DNA of 16,565 nt, from contig CCZZQB010000057.1 of the NCBI GenBank assembly GCA_973895155.1, positions 1 to 16,565 of the forward strand, given 5' to 3'. Each line of letters begins with the position of its first letter. The first letter of the stretch is position 1. This document shows, piece by piece, positions 1-9,790 of this stretch. The translations under genes and the position numbers were made by a program. Source of the stretch: Marsupella aquatica. Taxonomy: Eukaryota > Plantae > Marchantiophyta. Below the pieces are notes generated by a model, which had not been told where the DNA came from, made no database searches, and saw nothing but the letters and a program-made list of their open reading frames with translations.

Positions 1-295
1 ATGAAACAAAGCATCATATAAGCAGATCCTACATAAAACATTCATAAGAATTAAACACAATCACAATCTTGCTAAAAAATGAAGATCATTTGAATTCCAA
101 TGGAATAGTTTACAATGTGATCAATGTAATTTAGACAAAACAGGAACTCATAATTGATGACTGTAGGATGAGATAACTGAAAGCACATGCATGATACTAT
201 GAATCTCCAAGAGGACATGATTCTTGTACTGTTTCTTGACATCTAAAATCTACATAACATGACTCACACTACAAACAAATAATGGCATGACATTG

Positions 296-3200
296 TTATG
301 GATCCTCTATGAACTTGCTTGGCCATAATACCAAAGAACCTGCAGCATCTCCAAGTGTCTTTTGAGGAGGATCATCATTTGTGTTTGGAATGGGAAGGAC
401 AGCTTTAGGTTTCACTAGTAATGTGACTAACACTACTGAATAACCTGGGGGAATCCTCTTGCCATGGAACGTTGTGGAACCAACCTGCACTCTGGCAAAT
501 CCTACTCGTGTTCCACTCTCATCAACAGCTAACAAGCCACTTTGTCCCTCAGCATTAGGTGCTTTCCCCACTTCCACCTTAGATCTTTCTGCCAGCACTG
601 TTCTTGGAGGTTTGTATGAAACCTTTGACGTGGCTCTGCTCCCACCAGCAGACTTGCTTCGTGTGCGCATGCTTCCTCTCTTCACAGTAGTGAAGCTAGG
701 CTCAGTAGGTTCCTCTGTTAGGACTGTCACAGTAGCAGGTTCATCACCTGGGAGTGTCATACCAACTAACTCTTTGGTTGGATTTATCTCAACAAGAGGC
801 ACACCTGTCATTGAGAATGATACATTCTGCAAATCATTTATCTCTGCAATGGAGTCAAGATCTACATAGCATGAATCTGGCTCAATGGTATCATTGTCAT
901 GCTTGCTGATATCCTCATTTGCCCCAACATTGATATCATCCACTCCCTTGCCAATGTCATCCTCATCCAAACATGGTTGACTGCCCTCTGTCAAACAAGT
1001 TGCTTGTACAGACTGCAACTTTGTTGCCTCTAAATTACAGCGAGTATTTGCCAGGTTCTCATACTTCTTCTCTGTAGCACCTGTCTTATTCTCTATGGAC
1101 ACAACAACCACAATATATGTTACTGAAAATAACACATTCAACAAACAATGTCAATTCAAACTATACATTTAATAATCATATCCCACACAGTTGTAAAGGC
1201 CTTACCTTCAAGCCTACATGTCGTTGGCATGCCAGAAGAGTGCATCGACTTTGCCACCTCAAGTGGTGATGGTGGAACTCCTGCAGAATTGGAATCAATT
1301 TTATCTCTCACCGACACAACAGCTTCCATTAATGTCTTGAAGTTCACATGGAACAAGTCAGTCAATGAATTCAAACGTTCATTGATCTCTGGAAGACATG
1401 TTTCGACAGCCTTCAAACGACCACTTATCTCTGTAAGTGAAGATCCACCTCCCTACATGACACAGGGGTATAGGTTCAATCACTCCATATGAAATGTTGG
1501 GCAATATATGCACAATCAATGTTATATACAGTGTACACCTGAAATTCAACGCAGGTCATTCAATTACCAATCAGAACTCATATAACTTACATGCTTGGAG
1601 GATTCAGATGCACCCTCTTGAGCCCGGGTGTTCACAATTTCAGCCCTCAACTCTTCTTTTGAAGGGCTTTGCCCCAATTGGGCTTTCTGCACATGCATGG
1701 CAAACACAAGTTATCGATCAATATTCAGGGAACGTACACTAAAAAACAAAGTTTACATGTAGGGACAGTACACTAAAAAATAGTACATAGTGTAGCATAA
1801 ATTACATAGCTAGGCCATTCATTCTTACCAAACGTTTAGCTGTCGGTGCAGTGCCGGTCCTTCCTGTCAGATTAGGGTTCTGAACACTCAACCTGGCCTC
1901 GGTCATCTGTGAACTCTTCTTTTTTGAAGCATCTGTTACAAAATAAGCTACTAACCTTGCCCACACTTTATCATCACAACTGGCTGGTGGAGGCATATCT
2001 GGCTTCTCCCCACCTTCCTTCCAAGCCTTATGCATTCTCCACCTCTCTTGCTTGATAATTTTACCTGCTGTACTCTCTAGGCAACCTATGTCCACGCCAT
2101 CATCACTGCCCACATAATTCCATTTGGCAGCAACATTTTCACATACAGTCTTCCAATCTTTTGGATGCTGTTTTTTAAAATTAATAACACTCACATCTAA
2201 CCAACGCAATACTTCAGCTTTCAAATCAGCATGCCATCGGTTCTTGCGAGGACACTCAGCATCCACCCATTGTCTCTCATTCAACTTTACGTTCCCTTTC
2301 TTTGTCACCTCCCCTCGTGCACTGCTCTCGGTAGTACTGGGCGTTGTATTGGCCACCCCTTCATTCACCCTACCTGGGGTTCTGAAGCCACCTGGGAAAA
2401 TACAATGCCATTCATGCTTGAGAACTACATATAGCAGAATGGATGACGGCAACATTCAATGCTTCACTTCAAGAAAAATTCTTCAAACATACATACCTGT
2501 AGCTCTGCCTGTAGATGCCTGTGCAGGGACTGCACTCTGAAATTGTTGCGACCCTGGACCACCTGTCCAGCCTAGTACAGGGGCCGGATGATGTCACTTT
2601 CTAGGTATGTGTGTGCAAACATATGTACTGAAAACTAAGTACAAACTGTAGGAAAACAACTGAACATTCACCGACATACCTGTCCCCCTTCCGTGCTGCA
2701 TCTGCATAGGGGCATTAGTGAATACTTGAGTCGATGGTTCGACTGTCCAACCTGCACACATACATTTTCTATCATTATACATGTGCAGAGTCCCCCCCAC
2801 GTGAATGGACTCCACATATAATGAGTTCTTCCATTGCTGACAAGATCAGACATTACCTGCTCCTCTTCCAGCGTTTGTAGGTACTGAATTTTGATATCCC
2901 TGCCAATTACCTTCACCACCTTCCCAACCTTGTTCATTCCACGACCCACCACCATCCTCCCAACCTGGTTCAACCCATGTCTGTCCTTGTGGACATTGGA
3001 ACTGATCATTACTAGCATTTGCCCAATCAGGTTGGGCAGAATCTGCATGCAATGGCAGGTGGACAGAATTTCATGTTGTCTGAATCCAATACATCCCAAA
3101 CAATGTCAAAAATTGATATGCAGTCTGAAATTCAGGAGTGCCATGCCTTCACAAAGAACTGGCATATAGATATATACTCACATCCCCACGGTTGAGGTGG

Positions 3201-4003
3201 ACGTCCATACCCACGAGATTGTGGGTTTGGACCTGCTCTGCCTCTACCACGGGCATAACCTAGAGCTTGCCCCCTGCCATAGTATTGGGCACCAGCCTGG
3301 GATCTACCACTACTACCACCTCGCCAACCTTGATCAGAGGTCAGCCCCCCCTGCTGGTATGGTGCATGCACAGGCTTCGAAGGCAAAACAGAACTGGCAG
3401 GACGCTGCATCACATCACCAACTACAATGTCAGGAACTAAGCAAGGTACATATGTGTAGTACTGAACATATGAAACCTCTAAACAAGAGTTTTTAACTCA
3501 AAACCTTGTTGGGAAAACTACTTACATGTTTCTTTTGGGGCTGCTCTGCAATGTATTCATCTTCATAACCCCCATCCTCATCCATTTCCTCTGGAAAATA
3601 CTCATCATCTGCATCTTCTTGTCTAGTGTCTGCACCCACCTGTGCAGCATCAATGTCATCTCCACATTCTGCCATTGTAGGTACGACCTTCTTGCTCAAC
3701 CTGTCACTCCGACGCACAGGCCCAGAGATAGTGCTGGTCACCCTTCTTGCGTACTCCTTTTGTTTCTTTGAAAATGCTGTGGCTCTGCGACATTCCAATA
3801 TGAGAATACAGTCACAATTTCAGTGCCACATTGAACTATTCATGTCACACAAACTCAGCGGAGGGGTGTAGTTGAGAATCGTTCCCTTACAATTCAGCCA
3901 CATCCTTTTCCAGATCCAGTTCTGCGATTTTGGCTTTCACGTATGCTCGTTGTTCCATAGCTTTCCTTTCATACTCACACATCTCTGTGTCACTCTGTTC
4001 CAT
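296..4003 (-). CDS. CACTA TnpA/TNP1 (Ptta/En/Spm-like) accessory protein, 10 exons: 4003-3891, 3784-3526, 3404-3182, 3042-2857, 2751-2680, 2571-2497, 2391-1829, 1686-1591, 1452-1206, 1092-296 (2631 nt, 876 aa)
   Basis: Nine GT-AG introns (105-139 bp) link ORF-track fragments with matching phases and no internal stop. The N-terminus has a CEYERKAMEQRAYVKAKIAELDL helix typical of CACTA second ORFs. Exon 7 is Ptta/En/Spm-like (WARLVAYF...KKKSSQMTEARLSV..NLTGRTG). The C-terminus is DUF8039-like. The exon 3 acceptor (3405) and the start codon are the least certain parts. Confidence 0.82.
299..535 (-). other. DUF8039-like C-terminal domain of the TnpA/TNP1-like protein
   Basis: Motif VGFARVQ..FHG..IPPGYSVVLV....KAVLPIPN..D....LGDAAGSLVLWP matches the recalled consensus of the CACTA TNP1 C-terminal domain (HG...V.V......LP.P......LGDA.G..V.WP). 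Confidence 0.8.
2497..3404 (-). other. Low-complexity G/Q/W-rich segment (exons 3-6 of the TnpA-like gene) with GW/WG and RG/GRG motifs
   Basis: The spliced translation contains SDQGWRGG, QPWGY, EPGWEDGGGSWNEQGWEGGEGNWQG, GAGWTV and GTGWTGG: six GW/WG dipeptides and ten Trp in about 190 aa. Confidence 0.8.
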
Positions 4004-4159
4004 CCTACTGGACCACAAAAACATGTCATCTATGGTCACCCCGTATAACACAATGCAACCACAATCACCAGGCATCCATCCATACATCTGTGTTGCTTCA
4101 GAATTACTTTATTACACATCCTTCCCCTCACTAATGTCTATGCAAACAATTCACATTAC

Positions 4160-7100
4160 TCATGGCACAGGCACACTGTTGGCATCTGCATCTCTGAATT
4201 CGCCTCCTTCAGCAAATGCATCTACCCTTGTCACAGGAATGAAGTCCCCGCTATCATGAACTACAGGCACTTGGTCTGAACGCCGACGATCAAAGGCACT
4301 ATGAGAGTGTAAATGAAACTCAAGGTTTGATCCTTCCATCCGGCGTTGCCTGGCCTGTTTATGACACACTACACGCCAACCTGGGGAGTCTTCCACATCC
4401 AGGAAGAAAGCTTGCTCCACCTGACTAGGAAACACAAATGGCTCAGACCATTCGGGCAATTTCCCTCTGAAATTGGCCAGCAAGAAACCGTCGTTGTCTC
4501 TCTTCATGGTAGCCCTGTTACCAAGCCAATCCTGCCGCACCCATGAACCTTTCATAAGAATCACAGGACTGGACACCGCCCCATAGTCCAGAGCCCATAT
4601 GTCAACTAATTCTCCCACATATCCCATCTCCATCCAGGCCCTGTCGTGATTGTGGCTCTGTTGCTCAAATACAGTGATGAGCCCGCAGTCATTCGTCACC
4701 CTGTAGGCACTGTCACCATCCTTCACTCGGAAGTGATTCCCATATGCTCTCATCCGTTTGTAAGTCTTCACTTTCAGGCTAGGGGCATTAGACAGTAGGT
4801 AAACATCTGCATCCATGTCTGGGTGGGTCTCGTGATGCTCTCTAATTGCCACTCTGATCCACTCCATGAAACCTGGAAAAGTTGTTCCTGCAGTGGGATG
4901 GGCCGCCTTCAATGACTCATACTCCCTGAACGAACAACCACACAGCATTAGCTTGGGTAAACATGAACAGGCTGAAGGAGAAAACCACACGAACACAACA
5001 TTTAAGCTCATGAACTGGATTATAGCACATGTATGCACTCACTGTATCCAGGGTTCCATCACCACAGTGTTGTGCAATACAAAGTCATGTGCCAAGTCTC
5101 TCATAGATATGGTCAGGTTCTTTGTGGTTGCAGCCCCTTCCAGTACTTCACCTACCACCCCTTCCTCCTCATCAGAATTCCACACCCTGGTCTTCACATG
5201 CTCATATTGTGCTATGTATTCGGTCAGAAATCCCAGAGTCTCATCCTTGATGTAACCTTTAGCCATGCTTGCTTCAGGTTTGTAATATGTTCTCACGTGA
5301 CCTTTGAGTAGCTTCATGTACCGTTCCAAAGGGTACAACCAACGAGCACTCACAGGCCCAAATTGGTGTAGCTCTTCCACAACATGGACAAGTAGGTGGG
5401 TCATGACATCAAAAAATGCGGGAGGAAAATAAATCTCCAGGTCACACAGCACCTGAGCGACATCTTCTGTCAGTTGTGGGAAGTGTGTTTCATCCCAAAC
5501 CTTCACACAAATACGACGAAACACATCACTGAGTCGCATGATCACAGTACGAACAGGCTTCTGCAACAGGCCCCTCAGGCATAAAGGCAACACCTGTTGC
5601 ATCAACATATGGTAGTCATGGCTTTTCATACTACCAAGCTTTCTAGTCATGATATGCTTCTTGAAAGCACTGCCATAGTTTGAAGGAACCTTCAAAGAAC
5701 TCAACCTCTGCACAAATAGTTCCCACTCTGTGTCTGTCAGAACATAGGGCGCTTGGTACTTCAAGAGCACATCAGCTCTGTGGGCATGTGGCCTCAACCA
5801 AAGATGGGGTTTCATTCCCCTCTGTTCAAGATCCAATCTCACTGAACCAGTGTCTTTCTCTCCACACAAGAATCTGAGTAGACTCTCACAAATATTCTTT
5901 TCAATGTGCATAACATCAATGTTATGTTTGCTTGGCTCAAACTCCTGCATCGTTGCAATGCAAAAGCGTCAGGAAATGCCTCAAGTTTAGTCTCTCTCTT
6001 CGAAATGAATGCACATGCTCTGAACCAAAACATGTATCCCAATTAGCATCAACTCCAAGAGGCTTACCCTCCAGTACTTGAGCTCCAAGTCCAATATGCT
6101 CAGTCTTTTTACACCATATCGCTTTATTGGATCACTCACTCCATCTTCCCTGCCCCCTCGTTTGATATAGTCATCCCTCAGTGCTCCCCACTGCCTGATC
6201 TCCTCTTTGGTCACTCGTGCCGGGGGTCCACGTTGCTCAATCTCATTGCCAAAGTGTGCAATCAGTGCCTGTCTTTCTCTGTAAGGGTGATCTGTCTTCA
6301 GAAAACGACGATGGCCCATGTATATCACTTTCTGCAGGGCTCTGGAGTACTCACTGGTGACATTGCGCCCACAGATAGTACAAGCACAATATCCTTTTGT
6401 TGTTTGGCCTGATATCATCCCATGGGCTGGGTAGTCAGCTATAGTCAGAATGACAATGGCTCTAAGGATGAATGGGTTTAACCTCCCAAGCCTCTGTAGG
6501 ACATCATATGTGAGAACTCCTTCCTCCCAAAGCTTTCTCAATTCCTCCACTAGGGGAGCCAGAAACACATCTATGTTGGCAGATACAGCACTGTCTGGCC
6601 CTGGTATCAGTAGGACCATCAGAACAAAAAATCGCTTTGTAGTCATCCAAGGAGGAAGGTTATAATTCAAAATAGTTACAGGCCAGCATGAAAATTTGTT
6701 GTTCTTGTCTCCAAATGGGTTTACCCCATCCAATGACAGCCCAAGTCTGACATTCCTCGGCTCAGCAGCAAATTCGGGATACATCTCATCTATGAGTTTC
6801 CATTGCCTTGAATCTGCAGCATGTCGTTGTAGCCCATCATCACTTTTCTTGTCAGTTGCCCAAGTCATCATCTCCGAGATGGCACGGCTTCTGAACATCC
6901 GCTGAAGTCTGGGAATGAGTGGAAAATGACGAAGTACCTTGGCGGGAACCATAGACTTTCCTGAGTTCCGATACCTGTGCTTCCCACACTTAGGGCATGT
7001 CAACGATTCTTTATACTCCTTTCTGAAAAGAACATGCCCATCAGGACAGGCATGGATCGAATCATAGTTCAATCCAAGATTAGATATGCATCTTTTTGCC

Positions 7101-7891
7101 TCGTACATGTTCTTGGGCAAAATATTACCATCTGGTAGCACAGTTGTTCGCAAGAATGCCAACAACTCAGAAACCAAAACGTTGGGGACATTGTGGTTGC
7201 CGCAAATGTTCAGGAACATGATGACAAATCCCAGTTTAGAACATTTGCTACCGGGGTACAAAGACTTCCTGCCTTCCTGTATTTGCAGGGGAGAGCCAAA
7301 CATCCCATCATGCCCAGGGGTTTCCTGCCCTATCTCAAACTCATCAAGAGGCTCTTCGACAGGGGGCACACTTGCATCTGCAGCCGTATCCTCTTCATTG
7401 TCCAGCCCATCATGAAATGCATCCAAGTCTTGGAAGATGTCTCTCACCATCTCTTCCACATGAATTCCTTCGTCACGTGGTGCTGCCTGAGCACCATCCC
7501 GTTGGAGAGCTGACAACCCACAGAGACCAGCTACAACATTTTCAAATGCACCAGGCAGAACCTCACTTGCCCGTCTTGCAGCATTGGCAGCATCAAATTC
7601 TAACCTCCACTCCTCGTCGGAAGAATCTTCCTCTGCAGGATCATTCCAAACTCGATGTCGTGGATCTCTTCCATGAACCGCGATATGCCGCCAAACCTCA
7701 TTCAGACCCCTGGTACGGGATCCTTGGCAGATTGCACAAGGACATCTCATCCTACTGGCTCCTGAAAGTCTGGTTCGTAACCTTTCACGCTGCCAAAGCT
7801 TATTATCATGGCGTGATATCCTTGTGGGATGATGCAAAGGCAGTGCCTGTGCCCTGGGCTGGGTCTGGGGAGGGTGGTGACCAGGGTGCAT
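4160..7891 (-). CDS. TNP2: CACTA TNP2/TnpD-type DDE transposase, 3 exons: 7891-6068, 5944-5043, 4925-4160 (3492 nt, 1163 aa)
   Basis: Domain order: N-terminal transposase-associated Zn motif (RMRCPCAIC...RHIAVHG), HACPDGHVLF..CPKC, Transposase_21 core, HNIDVMHIEKN, DUF4218, DUF4216. Intron 6067-5945 (AGG|gtaagc...tgcag|GAG) joins YWR|EFEPSKHNIDVMH in frame. Intron 5042-4926 (CA|gtgagt...ttcag|G) joins PWIQ|EYESL in frame. Putative catalytic D (6728-6730), D (6434-6436), DxxH (5906-5917) and E (5324-5326) are all present. The exact start codon is uncertain. Confidence 0.93.
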
Positions 7892-8020
7892 TGTAACAGG
7901 CTGGGAGCTCTGCAGTCATGGACAGCAGTGAACAAGGATGCCTAATGGTGGTATTTGTGTTCCATATATCCCTGACTGTATCTGCCAAAAGAGTTAACAT
8001 AACGTGTACTAAATTCTCAC

Positions 8021-8029
8021 AAACCCTAA
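8021..8029 (+). promoter_or_regulatory. Telo-box-like motif AAACCCTAA about 130 bp upstream of the transposase start
   Basis: Exact AAACCCTAA match in the 5' region of TNP2. Related ACCCTAAA motifs occur near 11112 and 15604. A short motif like this could occur by chance. Confidence 0.25.
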
Positions 8030-8324
8030 ACCACCCCAAAAGAAAAAAACAGGTTCGCAAGTAGTGTACCTATTGTCAAGTGAATGACACAAAATTTCTA
8101 AATGTTGGAGGGTGTCACCACCTCCTCCGCTGTCCTCAAATGTACCGCCTCTGCATGTACGTTTACAGTGACACCCCCAGGCAGCAGGAAACAACAATCC
8201 GCCAACAATAAAATAAGCCCAACTGCCACCAACCATAACAAGGTACATTAGTTCAAAGATCACATTTATTTCAATGATCTGATTTATACAAAAAAACTTG
8301 TGTCCAAACTGATGCTACTACTCC

Positions 8325-9197
8325 TCACTCTGATTCAGAATCGCTAATGACCCATTCCTCACTTGTTGTCTCATAGTCCTCTCTGTAAGGATCCTGACCC
8401 TTCCGTGGCCAGGCCTCAAAAAGATCATAGTCCATTGGGTTTTGACGCTTCCCAGCTGCTACTGATTCCACAAGCCAAGCATATGAAACCACAAACACAT
8501 TATGGGACATGACATAAAAGCGAATGTCTCCCTTCCCAAACTTGCGGCAGGCTTTGGGATATGACTTAGTAATGACATGAGTGGTGTCCTCTGTTATATT
8601 CTCCTCCACTGTCCCACCTAGGTCAAGCACTGTGGACTTGTACACTTTGCACTTAACCTCTCCAATTCCCGCCTCCACAAATACCATGCTCAGCCCTTTC
8701 AGAATGGGGGTTGGTTGCTTCGTCTCCTCAGCCAACATACTCTTCAGCCTTGTAGAGCTCTGTCCTTTGTTGAGTACAGGTCCATATTGGAGATCAGCAA
8801 GCCGTGCCTTTGCTTCCCAGACTTCTTGTTCAGCCCAAGCTGATGCAGTAGCTTCTTCATCCTCCCACAACTCATATTGCTCAGTATCCTGTACAATCTT
8901 ATGTGCTATGGAATCTGTGATCCAAGAGGCCTCAACTACTTTTAGGCCTTGCTTAGTAATTGCAGAATTCATGTAGGACCATGACCACTTCTTTATCACT
9001 GATAGCCATGTCCCTGCAACAACATGTGTAGTCTCTGGAGTGATGTCCTGAACTACAGTGCCATGGAGCTCAGAGAATCGTTTCTGTACAGTTGGCCAAT
9101 GCACTTTGGTCAACCCATGCTGGCCATGGACCAAAATCGCTCTGACCCCTGTAAACACTGCTGGGTGGTCACACTTTCTACGTTTACCAGGCTCCAT
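8325..9197 (-). CDS. Tandem BRCT-domain protein (290 aa from ATG at 9197); BRCTs resemble the plant DNA polymerase lambda N-terminal BRCT; no polymerase domain
   Basis: Two repeats carry BRCT hallmarks (F/L.G, GG/HG.V, TTHVV/I, W+..S, terminal Y.L): VFTGVRAIL...LHGTVVQDITPETTHVV...SWITDSIAHK...YEL and ILKGLSMVFVEAGI...LGGTVEENITEDTTHVI...KFGK...YAWLVESVAAGKRQNPMDYDL. A basic GKRRK NLS-like motif precedes them. The ORF-track start at 9203 is a GTG. Confidence 0.88.
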   Translation of the reverse strand: MEPGKRRKCDHPAVFTGVRAILVHGQHGLTKVHWPTVQKRFSELHGTVVQDITPETTHVVAGTWLSVIKKWSWSYMNSAITKQGLKVVEASWITDSIAHKIVQDTEQYELWEDEEATASAWAEQEVWEAKARLADLQYGPVLNKGQSSTRLKSMLAEETKQPTPILKGLSMVFVEAGIGEVKCKVYKSTVLDLGGTVEENITEDTTHVITKSYPKACRKFGKGDIRFYVMSHNVFVVSYAWLVESVAAGKRQNPMDYDLFEAWPRKGQDPYREDYETTSEEWVISDSESE

Positions 9198-9790
9198 GTA
9201 CACACACCCTACGTGATGACAGTGAATTTTGGAAGAATGGGTTCACCTGACAATACAAGGACAACAAAATTCCTGCTTTTTGAGTTGATCTGGCCCACTG
9301 GTGCTCAGGTCCGATTTTGATAGGTACAAGGGATATGTCACACAATACGTACTAGGCACCTGCACGGATGCAGGACATTGTTTGAATATATACTACAAAA
9401 TCCATATCCGTGGTGAAATGAAGTGCAACCAACTTGTCATGGCACATACATATTTTGTTGTAAAGGAGGATACATTCAATGACAAACTTATAGGGCAATT
9501 TGATTAATTGCATGCCTGATAATTTATACGCTTACAACTTAGAAGTCCTGTTTTAATTTAGCAGTGTGATGAAAGTGTTTATGAAAATGACCACTCAGCC
9601 TAAATACTTCCAAGAAGGCTTGTAAGGATAAGTTTGTATAGGCATGTACCCAGCCACTGACGCCAGAGCACAAGATAAGTGCTGCCTATATAAACTCGCC
9701 TACCCAACTCCTTTTCAAAATTGGAATCTCTGCAATCTCAAAAAATAGTACATCCACATCAGGTGCACTGTGCATGTACAATGTTCAGCT

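Larger units (their letters stand above)
296..7891 (-). mobile_element. CACTA (En/Spm, CMC superfamily) DNA transposon coding core: TNP2-like transposase followed by TnpA/TNP1-like gene. Termini not found in the window; the element may extend over 8325-11691 and beyond.
   Basis: The canonical CACTA gene pair lies in tandem on one strand. Recognised motifs: Transposase_21-like (RNVRLGLSLDGVNPF, ADYPA), DUF4218-like (FPPAFFDVMTHLLVH, WLYPLERYM), DUF4216-like (EPFVFPSQVEQAFF), Ptta/En/Spm-like and C-terminal DUF8039-like segments. Confidence 0.96.

Noticed and set aside
1726-1780. Two CACTAAAAAA-containing 20-bp near-duplicates
   Set aside because: They lie inside the predicted TnpA intron 1687-1828, in direct orientation. 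This is a small local duplication, not element ends.
4160-7891. Treating the ORF-track entries 5987-7891, 5039-5950 and 4160-5038 as three separate genes
   Set aside because: Their ends read into intron sequence, and canonical splice sites join them in phase into one transposase.
459-7896. Many plus-strand ORFs (e.g. 459-869, 2124-2540, 4866-5255, 7086-7415, 7372-7896)
   Set aside because: Antisense shadows of the minus-strand exons, with no recognisable motifs.
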